DNA of 64,000 bases from an uncultured virus (IMG/VR IMGVR_UViG_3300031787_000058) (Duplodnaviria > Heunggongvirae > Uroviricota > Caudoviricetes), in the IMG/VR virus record IMGVR_UViG_3300031787_000058. One strand, written 5' to 3'. Under the pieces are notes generated by a model. The model searched no databases and was not told the origin of the DNA. It saw nothing but the letters and a program-made list of their open reading frames with translations. Shown in pieces: positions 28,347-36,979 of the stretch. The position numbers were made by a program, and so were the translations under genes. The stretch's first letter is position 1, and the number at the start of each line of letters is the position of its first letter.

Positions 28347-28389
28347 CACCAACACCAACGATGGGGGCGCAAGCCCCCGGGAGACTCCA

Positions 28390-28551
28390 ATGACCAACCG
28401 ACCGACGCTCACGAACGACGAACTGATAACCGAACTGGCCGAAGCCCTCGAATGGGCGCTCAACCAGATCGAAGATGACCTTGACCCCGACCATCAGGCC
28501 GCTATGAAAGCCGCCCGTTGGACGCTGGCCCAAGCGGAGGCTCGCTCATGA
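28390..28551 (+). CDS. Early hypothetical protein
   Basis: GGAGA SD; ATGA coupling. Confidence 0.6.
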   Translation: MTNRPTLTNDELITELAEALEWALNQIEDDLDPDHQAAMKAARWTLAQAEARS

Positions 28552-28859
28552 CCGCCACCAACCGACTGGTCACGACCGAATACGACTACGACCCCGCGAC
28601 CGACTGCATGGTGATTACCGATCACTGGTTCGAGGACGGCGGTCGCACCGAACGATCCGAGACCCGCCGCGAGCCAGTGGCCGAAGCCGACGAGGACGAC
28701 CTGCGGGACGCCATCGAGATGCTCGACTACGACCTGTTCGAGGCCATCGACGAGGACGACACAGCCGACGACCTCCGCATCTTCTTCCGATCCATGTTTG
28801 TTGAACTGATCGGCCAAGCATGGCTTGGTCACACCGAATCGCAGGAGACCGACCGATGA
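28548..28859 (+). CDS. Acidic early hypothetical protein
   Basis: GGAGG SD; ATGA coupling; D/E-rich. Confidence 0.65.
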   Translation: MTATNRLVTTEYDYDPATDCMVITDHWFEDGGRTERSETRREPVAEADEDDLRDAIEMLDYDLFEAIDEDDTADDLRIFFRSMFVELIGQAWLGHTESQETDR

Positions 28860-29242
28860 ACCAGATGAACCTGAGCGCCCTGCGCGTAACCGTTTGCTTC
28901 GAGTTTGCGGGCGTGACAGATCCCGACTGCGACGCCGTGAGCGAGACGCTGGAACTGCTGAACGAGGACATTGAACTGGTGCGCCGCACCCACGACGCCG
29001 ACGCCGCATGGATCGACGACGTGTCCATCGTGGCTGGCGGGCACGAGGTGGAGGCCCGCACCGCCGACTCCGACCTGAAGAAGGCCCTCGAACTGGCCCT
29101 GTACACGCTCAACATGAAGCCGCGATTCAACGTGCCCGGAGCGCCGAACGGGTTGCGTGACAGTTATCAGGTCTGCGCGGCAATCGAGCGTGTGCTGCGC
29201 GCCGAAAGCGGCAAGGCCACGCCAGCGGAGGTGATGCCGTGA
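28856..29242 (+). CDS. Early hypothetical protein
   Basis: AGGAG SD; ATGA coupling. Confidence 0.65.
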   Translation: MNQMNLSALRVTVCFEFAGVTDPDCDAVSETLELLNEDIELVRRTHDADAAWIDDVSIVAGGHEVEARTADSDLKKALELALYTLNMKPRFNVPGAPNGLRDSYQVCAAIERVLRAESGKATPAEVMP

Positions 29243-29538
29243 GCCAGCAACACACACCCGCCCCGTGGACGGCCGATGGCTACCACAACGAATACTACGC
29301 ATCTATTTCGGTCAAGGCCGGAGGCCGCGGCGTATGCGCCATCAGTAGCGCCATCAAACGCCCCGGCGCGGAGAGCGCCGCCAACGCCCGCTTGATCGCA
29401 GCAGCTCCCGATCTTTTGGCTGCGCTTGAGGAATTGCTACCGGCGGCCGCCCGTAGCATTCAAGGCACAACCGACGGTGAGCCAATTTTGCAAGCCGCCC
29501 GCGCCGCCCTCGCCAAAGCCACAGGAGACAAGCCATGA
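29239..29538 (+). CDS. HTPxPW...ANARLIAAAPDLL family phage protein
   Basis: Widespread phage motif pair present; GGAGGT SD. Confidence 0.8.
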   Translation: MSQQHTPAPWTADGYHNEYYASISVKAGGRGVCAISSAIKRPGAESAANARLIAAAPDLLAALEELLPAAARSIQGTTDGEPILQAARAALAKATGDKP

Positions 29539-29732
29539 CCAACTACGGCTGCGGTCGCTACATCGACGTGTATGCGACCAACAAGGACTCGCACACCTAC
29601 TCGGTTTACCGGCTGCGCTGCGGGGCCACCGGCCCGGACGGCGCCATCGAGCAGTGCATCGAGTGTGAGCAGGATCGCCCGATCCCCGAGCACGGCCACC
29701 CGCGCGCAAAGGCCGAAGGAGGTAGCCCATGA
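29535..29732 (+). CDS. Cys-containing hypothetical protein
   Basis: C...CG...CxxC; coupled at both ends. Confidence 0.6.
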   Translation: MTNYGCGRYIDVYATNKDSHTYSVYRLRCGATGPDGAIEQCIECEQDRPIPEHGHPRAKAEGGSP

Positions 29733-29974
29733 GCGGCTTCCTGATCATCGGCCCGAACCGCTGGCCCGCAGATTCGTTCGCAACCGCCTCGAAACTGTAC
29801 GAGACGCTGCGCGACGAGTACCACGAGGCCACGGCAGACGTTCGAGCGGCCCCACCCTTCACCTCGGCCACCCTCACCCTCTACGGTCGCCACTACAGGC
29901 TCTACGGCAACGGCAGAGTGTGGGATGGCGACCGTCTTGTTTACGATCCACCACAGATGGAGTTATTCGCATGA
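29729..29974 (+). CDS. Early hypothetical protein
   Basis: GGAGGT SD; YNGRVW-like motif (YGNGRVW). Confidence 0.65.
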   Translation: MSGFLIIGPNRWPADSFATASKLYETLRDEYHEATADVRAAPPFTSATLTLYGRHYRLYGNGRVWDGDRLVYDPPQMELFA

Positions 29975-30213
29975 GTCAGACAGATTTGATTCCCCTTCCC
30001 CACGGCCGCGAGGACGGCGCTCGCCCTCGATGGGAGTGCCCGGAGTGCGGCAGTACCAACGTGCAGATCGCGAAAGCCACTTGGTATCGGGAGACCGCCA
30101 ATGGGCTGACGTTAGTGGATGCGGACACCGTATCGCAGCCGCTCTTCTGGTACTGCGACGACTGCCGCAGCATGGACGGCCGCCCCATCGACCGCTTTGC
30201 GGAGGGCGCATGA
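29971..30213 (+). CDS. Zinc-ribbon protein
   Basis: CPECGS...YCDDC. Confidence 0.7.
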   Translation: MSQTDLIPLPHGREDGARPRWECPECGSTNVQIAKATWYRETANGLTLVDADTVSQPLFWYCDDCRSMDGRPIDRFAEGA

Positions 30214-30446
30214 CCGAGGCCATCCTCACCGCCCTCGCAGCCATCGCGTCCGTGGCCGTGCCGATCGCCTTCTGGCGTCGGCCGCGCGGGCCGCGCGTCA
30301 CCACCAGGGCGAGTTTCAAACCCACCGAGCGCGAGGCGGATTACCTCGAAACCAAGCGCCGCGAGGCAATCGACGCAGCCGGCGAGAAGTGGCTGCTGCA
30401 CCCGAGTAACGAAGTCAAAAAGAAGGAGGGCCGCCGTGGCCGCTAA
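30210..30446 (+). CDS. Small protein with N-terminal TM helix
   Basis: GGAGG SD; G.KWLLHP.N motif. Confidence 0.6.
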   Translation: MTEAILTALAAIASVAVPIAFWRRPRGPRVTTRASFKPTEREADYLETKRREAIDAAGEKWLLHPSNEVKKKEGRRGR

Positions 30447-30621
30447 CAGTCTGGTTCTGATCGAAGCGAATGGATCGACGTTTTCACTTGACGAGTACGC
30501 CACCGTTGAGGAGGCTGTACTCAAGTTCTGCGAGGCCCTGACGGCTGCCGGGTACGAGGAAGCGAACCTCGATCCCTACGTCAGGCTCGCGCGGAACATC
30601 GGTTCGTATGCCGGAAATTGA
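30436..30621 (+). CDS. Hypothetical protein
   Basis: GGAGG SD and GTG start. Confidence 0.6.
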   Translation: MAANSLVLIEANGSTFSLDEYATVEEAVLKFCEALTAAGYEEANLDPYVRLARNIGSYAGN

Positions 30622-30790
30622 CCGGTTGTGCGTGGTCTGCGACACGGAACACCCCGGTCGGTGCTACCACCTTCGCAAGAGGGTGTCCGACCGGGAGTGG
30701 CCCGAGTTCAGATCCCGCGCGCTGGTGAGTTGGTGGATTCGAGAGTTGTCACACGCGGTTGATACCGCGAGGAGGAAGTTGCATGAGTAG
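30608..30790 (+). CDS. Hypothetical protein (CxxC..H...C)
   Basis: Fills the coupled gene chain. Confidence 0.5.
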   Translation: MPEIDRLCVVCDTEHPGRCYHLRKRVSDREWPEFRSRALVSWWIRELSHAVDTARRKLHE

Positions 30791-30998
30791 CATTATCGAC
30801 GCGATTGATTCCGGGATCGGAGAGATCCTGTCCAACATTCCATGGGACGGGGTGATGATTCTGTTCGGGCTCTGGCTGGCCTACAAGTGGGGCGCCCAGA
30901 ACGAGCGGATGAACTGGACGCTCAACATGAAGCGCGAGATCGAGCGCGAGAAGGAGATCCAGTCCGAGTGGACGAAGCAGCATCGGTGGCGCGTATGA
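30783..30998 (+). CDS. Small membrane protein
   Basis: GGAGG SD; one hydrophobic segment. Confidence 0.55.
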   Translation: MSSIIDAIDSGIGEILSNIPWDGVMILFGLWLAYKWGAQNERMNWTLNMKREIEREKEIQSEWTKQHRWRV

Positions 30999-31129
30999 GC
31001 GTCGGAGGAATGCCGCCGCCGACGCTGCGGCAATTGTTGTTCGTGTTGCTACTGTTGGCCGGTGTGATTGGAGTGCCGGTCGGCTTGATCATTTGGTTGG
31101 CCGTGACGGTTATGGAATGGCTGCGATGA
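30995..31129 (+). CDS. Small hydrophobic peptide
   Basis: ATGA coupling; long hydrophobic stretch. Confidence 0.5.
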   Translation: MSVGGMPPPTLRQLLFVLLLLAGVIGVPVGLIIWLAVTVMEWLR

Positions 31130-31302
31130 AACTCTATGACGTACCGCGCAACAGCCGCGTCGAACTCGTGTCCGGCAAGCAGCTGAACTTCGAGCGCATC
31201 GACGGGATGTATTCGTACTGCACCGACGACGAGGGCAAAGTCTGGCACATTCCCGCGACGACTGAGGTGTTGTTGCTGCCCAAGCAGGAGCAGCCGCGAT
31301 GA
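31126..31302 (+). CDS. Conserved small phage protein (MKLYDVPRNS..IDGMYSYC)
   Basis: ATGA coupling; recognisable small phage family. Confidence 0.7.
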   Translation: MKLYDVPRNSRVELVSGKQLNFERIDGMYSYCTDDEGKVWHIPATTEVLLLPKQEQPR

Positions 31303-31676
31303 CCCGCGATGACATTATCCGAATGGCGCGAGAGGCTGGATTTGTGTGTTCACGCAGTGAATCGGTGTTGGGGGAGATGCTTGCCAACTTCGCCGCCCTC
31401 GTTGCCGCAGCAGAGCAGAGGCCCATCAGCGATGTGACAGAAGCCGTGACCAAGACGGTGATCGAAGTCGAGAAGTTGCTGTGTGAAAAGATTGGCAGGC
31501 AGTGGCAACCATCGGGCATGTCGATTCAGACGCTGGTGGACGAGTTAGCCGCCCTCGTTGCCGCAGCAGAGCGGGAGGCGTGTGCGAAGGTGTGTGATGA
31601 ATTACGCGACGAAGATGGATTTGAGCCGTATGGAACTGAATGCGCCGCCGCGATTCGGGCGAGGGGTGAGGCATGA
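31299..31676 (+). CDS. DDII.MAREAG..FAALVAAAERE..AIRARG family protein
   Basis: AGGAG SD; internal duplication of the AALVAAAE block. Confidence 0.75.
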   Translation: MTRDDIIRMAREAGFVCSRSESVLGEMLANFAALVAAAEQRPISDVTEAVTKTVIEVEKLLCEKIGRQWQPSGMSIQTLVDELAALVAAAEREACAKVCDELRDEDGFEPYGTECAAAIRARGEA

Positions 31677-31969
31677 CCAACGACGACATCATCAAACTGG
31701 CGCTAGAGGCAGGATTTTGCAAAGACTCTAACGGCATATATTTTCGCCACGCCGTCACGCCAGATAGCGATTTGCTTCCTTCGCTTGAACGCTTCGCCGC
31801 CCTCGTTGCCGCAGCAGAGCGAGAGAAATTTATTGATTACCCTAAAGGTGAAGTTTGTGGCCCGTGTATTTGCGGAAGTTGGCCGGGAGGCGATTGTTTA
31901 CGTTGCCCGCCTACGGAAGAGTATTTAGCCGCGATTCGGGCGAGGGGTGAACAGGAGCAACCGCGATGA
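31673..31969 (+). CDS. Second DDII..A.EAG..FAALVAAAERE..AIRARG family protein
   Basis: Paralogue of the preceding gene with different inserts. Confidence 0.75.
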   Translation: MTNDDIIKLALEAGFCKDSNGIYFRHAVTPDSDLLPSLERFAALVAAAEREKFIDYPKGEVCGPCICGSWPGGDCLRCPPTEEYLAAIRARGEQEQPR

Positions 31970-31972
31970 CCC

Positions 31973-32001
31973 TTGCGCGCGCCCACCCCGCGCGCTAGGA
32001 T
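31973..32001 (+). promoter_or_regulatory. Sigma70-type promoter
   Basis: TTGCGC (31973-78), 17-nt spacer, TAGGAT (31996-32001). Confidence 0.55.
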
Positions 32002-32007
32002 TGACTC

Positions 32008-32069
32008 GATCTCTGACGACCTCTATCCCCCCATAGAGACTTGGCCCGGGCAACCCCCGGGCCTTTTTT
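32008..32069 (+). ncRNA. Candidate ~62-nt small RNA
   Basis: Between promoter and terminator; hairpin CTCTAT-CCCCCC-ATAGAG; no ORF. Confidence 0.45.
32043..32069 (+). terminator. Rho-independent terminator
   Basis: GGCCCGGG-CAACC-CCCGGGCC-TTTTTT. Confidence 0.85.
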
Positions 32070-34482
32070 ATTCCTCCCCGGCGTAGTACACGTCGCCCGC
32101 GAAGTGCAGATGAGCGCCCGGCGACTTGAGCACGAGCCCGGACTCGACCAGGGTGTTCATGAGTTCGGTGAACTCGCGCGATTTCATGTGCATCTTCTTG
32201 AGCAGCATGGAGTGAGGCATTGCCCCCGTCGCCAACACGGCTGCGAGCCGAGGGTTCTTCTGCTCCGCAGCGAACGCCCGCGCCGAGCGGATGTAGTCAA
32301 TGACCTTCTTCGAGTCGGCGTCCGTCTGGCTGCGAACGCGGTTCTTGCGTACCGATCGAACCAGTGCCATGTCGTAGTGCCGCACGTAGTTGATCGCCCA
32401 CTCGAGATCCTGCACACCGACCTGAGACGAGTTCGGATCGCGCGCCTTTGCGGCGATCATCGAGAGGCGCAGCGCCTTCTCGAAGGTGCGTCCGAGCAGA
32501 ACATCGAGCCCCTCGGGCTCAAACTGATCCTTGAGCGTGTTCAGCTCAGACTCGAACGCGCGCATCAGATCCTCGCAAGAGGAGCCGATCTCCATGGCGA
32601 TCGTCACCGGCTGCAACTCGGCAAGCGACTTGGCGGCCAGATCCCCTGTTCGTGAGGCCGGCGCGTTCACGGTCTTGCACCACTCGACGATACGGGCCGG
32701 TGGCTCGGTCTGATCGACGAAGCGCGCGAGCTGACGCGGCTGGCCCGACTCGACGACGATCAAGCGACCAAGGAAGCCATCCTGCACCAGATCATCGGTC
32801 AGCGATCCCCAGAAGGTTGCCGGCGTGGTCGCGCCGAGCAGTGAGATTGCCGGGTTGTGAACGACTCGATCGGCGTTCATGGCGGCCGCTTGGGCGGCGC
32901 TCATGGTCATCGTCGAGTACACGGGCGGGCGCATGACACCGTTCAACTTGCCGAACGCCTCCACCAACTTGTCGATTGCGGCCTCGGAGTTCGCGTTGCC
33001 CTTTGCGCGCGAGAGTTTCAGCAACTTGCCGATCTCGTCGATGATGGCAATGTGCGCCGGCTGGCGCAGGAGCGCCGAGAACACAGCGCCGCTCGAGGTG
33101 TATCCCGAGCCCGCGACCAAGCCTTCGAGCCCGGCCGCTGTCAGCACACGCTCGACGCACGACTGAGGGTGTTCCTTGCCTTCGGTGGACTTGGCCACCA
33201 TGATCAGGTACAGACTCGTGAAGTTCGACAGGTTGCTGCGGTAGATCCGCTGCGTGACGGCAGCGCCCAAGGAAACTGCGGCAGCGAGCGAGAGCTCAGG
33301 CTGCTGCTTCGGTGCGGTGGCCGTGATCCAGCGCGCCACGTCGCCCAAGATGCCGGGCGGGTCGGTGATGAAGTTCGGGATGGCCTTGGCCGGCGCCTCC
33401 GAGGTCGTGGCGGGAAGGATGATGGCCGGAGGTGGCGCAACCGCTGCAGCCGGCTTTTGCCATGGAAGGACTGGCTTGGAGGTAACGCTTTTGGCCGGTT
33501 CCTTGGCCGGCTGCGCCATGCCCTCAAGCGTGATGACTTCGGTTTCTTTGATGGCGAGGCAGCCACGAAGGATCTCGGTGGCTTTCTGGAAAGTCAGGCC
33601 GTTGGCGTACATGACCAGATCAATCGGCGTCATGCCGTAGTCGCCCTTGAAGTCGCGGATGCCCTTCGGCGTGATGCCGACGTTCGGGTTTGTGCCGCCG
33701 CGCCATGTTGCAACGCACCGGTATCCGTCGCCTTGACGCTTGGCGGTCGGAATCAACTGGCTGACCCACTCATCGAGACGATTCAGCGCCTCGCGGTTCA
33801 GATCGCGGAAGTATTCAGCTTGGATCGACAGCGCCGTGTCGATCTTGTTCGTGTCCTCGATCGGCGCCAGCACCTTCTTCTGGTACTTGCGATCGTCCTC
33901 GGTTTGGTACGGCGCGAGGAGATCTTCGACTTGCTTGAGGAAGTCGTCCGGCAACTTCGGCAGATCGGTCGAGTTCGTGATGTTGTCGAGCGTATCGACC
34001 GTGATCCACACGTAACTGCAGCCGCTTGGATGCTGTGATGGCGGAATCACTGTCTGCCGACCATCGGAGAGCACGTCGAGGACGCGGTTCTTCTGTACGT
34101 TGAACGAGCACGACCGCTCGCCGTTGAAGCGATAGAACTTCGTCCAGCCCTTCTCGCCCTTCTTCGCAACCGGCGAGAACGGAATCAGTTTGTCGAGCGC
34201 GTCACTCGCACCTGGTACGTCGTAATCACGATCGAGCCCGATGACACCGGAGAGTTCGCCGAGCACGACACCAATGCCGGCGTCGGGCCAGGTCTCCCAC
34301 AGCGCGAGTTCGATCTCTGTCGGAAAACGCTTGGCGAAGCGCGTCCAGTCGCCCATTCCTTCCCAACCACGCTCCCGACTCCACTGCCCGGGTTTCTTTG
34401 TTCCGGGTGCGATGGGGACGACGGAGATCCCGCGCTCGATGAGTTGCCTCGCGTAGCGCGCGAAAACGGATTCTTCTGCCAT
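32068..34482 (-). CDS. Prim-Pol primase fused to a DUF3987-like helicase domain
   Basis: G.SVVPI..K.P, GIG..G..GLD.D, V.PPS.HP.G..Y.W; C-terminal A.S..GK, IDEIG, G.TTP, DGFLGR. Confidence 0.85.
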   Translation of the reverse strand: MAEESVFARYARQLIERGISVVPIAPGTKKPGQWSRERGWEGMGDWTRFAKRFPTEIELALWETWPDAGIGVVLGELSGVIGLDRDYDVPGASDALDKLIPFSPVAKKGEKGWTKFYRFNGERSCSFNVQKNRVLDVLSDGRQTVIPPSQHPSGCSYVWITVDTLDNITNSTDLPKLPDDFLKQVEDLLAPYQTEDDRKYQKKVLAPIEDTNKIDTALSIQAEYFRDLNREALNRLDEWVSQLIPTAKRQGDGYRCVATWRGGTNPNVGITPKGIRDFKGDYGMTPIDLVMYANGLTFQKATEILRGCLAIKETEVITLEGMAQPAKEPAKSVTSKPVLPWQKPAAAVAPPPAIILPATTSEAPAKAIPNFITDPPGILGDVARWITATAPKQQPELSLAAAVSLGAAVTQRIYRSNLSNFTSLYLIMVAKSTEGKEHPQSCVERVLTAAGLEGLVAGSGYTSSGAVFSALLRQPAHIAIIDEIGKLLKLSRAKGNANSEAAIDKLVEAFGKLNGVMRPPVYSTMTMSAAQAAAMNADRVVHNPAISLLGATTPATFWGSLTDDLVQDGFLGRLIVVESGQPRQLARFVDQTEPPARIVEWCKTVNAPASRTGDLAAKSLAELQPVTIAMEIGSSCEDLMRAFESELNTLKDQFEPEGLDVLLGRTFEKALRLSMIAAKARDPNSSQVGVQDLEWAINYVRHYDMALVRSVRKNRVRSQTDADSKKVIDYIRSARAFAAEQKNPRLAAVLATGAMPHSMLLKKMHMKSREFTELMNTLVESGLVLKSPGAHLHFAGDVYYAGEE

Positions 34483-34487
34483 GGGTG

Positions 34488-34742
34488 TTACTCAGCGTAA
34501 TCTTTGACGGTCTCTCTGACGAGATCGGGACGAACGATGGCGAGCGGCAGCCCGGCCATGATCGCCACCGAGCGAGCGTGAGGGCCAGGAATTCGCCTGC
34601 CCCACTTCGCCACGCTCTGCACCGATACCCCCAGACGGCGGGCCACTTCGCCCCGCCCACCGGCCAGCGCCAGCACCCCTTCGACCGTATATCCGATAGG
34701 TTCGTCGCCTATTCGGCGTGTTTTCCGTTTGATTTCAGCCAC
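34488..34742 (-). CDS. cro: Cro-like (YdaS-type) HTH regulator
   Basis: AGG..VAR.LGVS..SV.KW..IP...RPD motif; divergent from the repressor. Confidence 0.8.
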   Translation of the reverse strand: MAEIKRKTRRIGDEPIGYTVEGVLALAGGRGEVARRLGVSVQSVAKWGRRIPGPHARSVAIMAGLPLAIVRPDLVRETVKDYAE

Positions 34743-34757
34743 TTGTTTGCATCCTGT

Positions 34758-34814
34758 TTAGAAAAACTCAAGCACAGTATCGCTCAAGGTACTTGGCGCG
34801 GTTGAGTTTTTCAA
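34758..34814. promoter_or_regulatory. Operator pair and leftward promoter of the cro/cI switch
   Basis: TTGAGTTTTTC(T/A)A at 34758-71 (minus) and 34802-14; minus-strand TTGAAA-N17-TACCTT. Confidence 0.6.
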
Positions 34815-34864
34815 GATACAGTTGCTCCCGTACCCTGCGGGGACACTCGACCGACCGACCGAAA

Positions 34865-35485
34865 ATGACGACTACTCTGGGCAAGCGCATCCGCGCCGCG
34901 CGCCAAGCCATGCACCCTTCTGTCACCCATCGCGACTTGGCGAAGAAACTGAACCTCTCCCCTTCCGCCGTGAACCTATGGGAAGCCGGACGCACCGAAC
35001 CCGACGCGGATTCGCTCGTCAAGATCTCGGAGATGTTCAGCGTCAGTGTGGACTGGCTGCTTGGTCTCGAGACATCCAAGCCCGTCCGAGGAAGTCCAAA
35101 ACCGCCCGTCTACGTCGTGCCTGTAGTGCCGCCAAGTGCCTTAATTCGCTGGCATTGGGACGCGGTGGCCGAGTTTCTGCAAACCGCTGTCGCCTATCCG
35201 CCGAACACGGCGGCCGCCATGCTCGTTGCATCGGACGCACTCACATCGAGTTGTCCCGCTGGCGCGTATGCGGTCATCAACAAGGCCGCGCACATTGCGC
35301 CTGGTGCTGTCGTGCTCGCGCACCTGGGCAGGGCCAGCGACCCGGTGTTGCGCAGGCTGATCCGTGAAGGCCGCGAGGACTTGCTGATCGCCGACGACAC
35401 GCGATACCCGACGTACAAGCTGACAGACGGCGCCAAGATCATCGGGAAGGTGTCCGAGGTCACGGTGCGGCGCCTCCTTACCTGA
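34865..35485 (+). CDS. CI-like XRE repressor with degenerate S24-like C-terminal domain
   Basis: LG.RIR..R...LA..L..S.SAV..WE.G..EP...VSVDWLLG; C-terminal IIG.V; catalytic Ser/Lys positions appear replaced. Confidence 0.85.
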   Translation: MTTTLGKRIRAARQAMHPSVTHRDLAKKLNLSPSAVNLWEAGRTEPDADSLVKISEMFSVSVDWLLGLETSKPVRGSPKPPVYVVPVVPPSALIRWHWDAVAEFLQTAVAYPPNTAAAMLVASDALTSSCPAGAYAVINKAAHIAPGAVVLAHLGRASDPVLRRLIREGREDLLIADDTRYPTYKLTDGAKIIGKVSEVTVRRLLT

Positions 35486-35528
35486 AAGAAACGCGAAAGT
35501 CAAAGTTCATCTTTTTTCGTCCTGGTAG

Positions 35529-35568
35529 TTGAGTTTTTCTAATTTGCTGTTCTATGCTTGAGCGGTAC
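35529..35568 (+). promoter_or_regulatory. Operator-overlapped promoter for the recombination/replication operon
   Basis: TTGAGTTTTTCTAA is an exact match to the switch operator; TTGAGT-N18-TATGCT. Confidence 0.6.
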
Positions 35569-35591
35569 CGAACCACACAAGGAGCAACTGA

Positions 35592-35966
35592 ATGAGCAAG
35601 ACACTCGAGCAACTGTCCGAAGAATGGCTGGCGGCCAAGGACAAGGAACGCCAAGCCACCGACGACCGCATCGCGGTCGAGGAAGCAATCATCGCGCTGA
35701 CGGGCAAGAAGGACGAAGGCTCTCAGACGATCAAGGCCGACGGCTTCAGCATCGAAGTCAAGGGCGTCGTCAATCGCAAGATGGACTGGAAGAAGTGGGA
35801 CGACGTGTGCGGCCAGATCCCGCCCGCGCTGCGCCCGGTGAAACTCAAGCCTGAGCTTGACGTTGCCGGCGTCCGCTACCTTCAACTGAACGAGCCTGAC
35901 GTCTACGCTCTGTTGCCGATCACTGTCACCCCCGGGAAGACCGGCATCACCGTAACGAGGAAGTAA
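35592..35966 (+). CDS. Conserved phage protein upstream of Sak4
   Basis: AAGGAG SD; W..AK..E...R..E...KPELD..G motif. Confidence 0.8.
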   Translation: MSKTLEQLSEEWLAAKDKERQATDDRIAVEEAIIALTGKKDEGSQTIKADGFSIEVKGVVNRKMDWKKWDDVCGQIPPALRPVKLKPELDVAGVRYLQLNEPDVYALLPITVTPGKTGITVTRK

Positions 35967-36187
35967 TGGCTATTTGCACCATCACATTGACCGACGACGA
36001 GGGGAGAGTTCTCGTCGATTACAACTTTGGCGAGAAACTCGACGAGACGAGCCTTGCACACGGCATGGGCGTCACGCTCTTGAAGAGCGTCCTGGCCTCC
36101 GCGCCCAACTACAAGACGCTCGAGGACACCGCCCCCGAGGTCGAGGTCGAGCCGAACAAGATCATCACAAACGAAGGAGTCAACTGA
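35966..36187 (+). CDS. Hypothetical protein
   Basis: TAATG coupling. Confidence 0.65.
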   Translation: MAICTITLTDDEGRVLVDYNFGEKLDETSLAHGMGVTLLKSVLASAPNYKTLEDTAPEVEVEPNKIITNEGVN

Positions 36188-36189
36188 AC

Positions 36190-36942
36190 ATGGCATTTGA
36201 TTTGTCCAGCATCACCCGCGGCAAGAGACTGCGGGCCCCCAAGATCGTGATTTACGGCCCGCCCAAGGTCGGCAAGTCCACCTTCGCGGCGAGCGCGCCG
36301 AAGCCCATCGGCATCATCACCGAGGAAGGGCTCGACAATCTCGACGTGGACGCCTTCCCGAAGGCAGGCAAGTACGAGGACGTGATGAGCGCCCTCGCCT
36401 CCCTGTACACGAGCGAGCACGAGTACCAGACGGTGTTCGTTGATTCGCTCGACTGGCTCGAGCCGCTGGTTCTTGCCAAGGTGTGCGAGACGCACCGCGT
36501 CAAGAACATCGAGGACATCGGCTACGGCAAGGGCTACATCATGGCCGACGACCTGTGGCGCGAATTCTTTGGGGGCCTCGACGCCCTGCGCAACGACAAG
36601 CAGATGACGGTCATCTGCATCGCGCACGAACAGGTGAACAAGGTCAAGAACCCGACCTTGGCCGACGACTACGACGCTTACAGCCTCAAGCTGAACAAGC
36701 GCGCCGTTGGCATCATCAACGAGTGGGCCGACATCATCGGTTTCGCGCAGCACGAAGTGTTGACGCGATCGACGGATGCCGGCTTCAACCAGAAAGAAGT
36801 GAAGGCGATCTCGACGGGCAAGCGCGTCCTGCATCTGAACCCGCACCCGGCCTATGTGGCCGGCAATCGGTACGGAATGCCGGACGTGTCCCTGTCTTGG
36901 GAGTCTTTTCAGGCTGCCTTGACCGCAGCCATGACCAAGTGA
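36190..36942 (+). CDS. AAA_24 / Sak4-like ATPase recombinase
   Basis: YGPPKVGKST Walker A; VDSLDWLE; GYGKGY; IAH; EWAD. Confidence 0.9.
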   Translation: MAFDLSSITRGKRLRAPKIVIYGPPKVGKSTFAASAPKPIGIITEEGLDNLDVDAFPKAGKYEDVMSALASLYTSEHEYQTVFVDSLDWLEPLVLAKVCETHRVKNIEDIGYGKGYIMADDLWREFFGGLDALRNDKQMTVICIAHEQVNKVKNPTLADDYDAYSLKLNKRAVGIINEWADIIGFAQHEVLTRSTDAGFNQKEVKAISTGKRVLHLNPHPAYVAGNRYGMPDVSLSWESFQAALTAAMTK

Positions 36943-36979
36943 TCGATTATTTCTCAACTAACCGACGGAGATTGATTCT

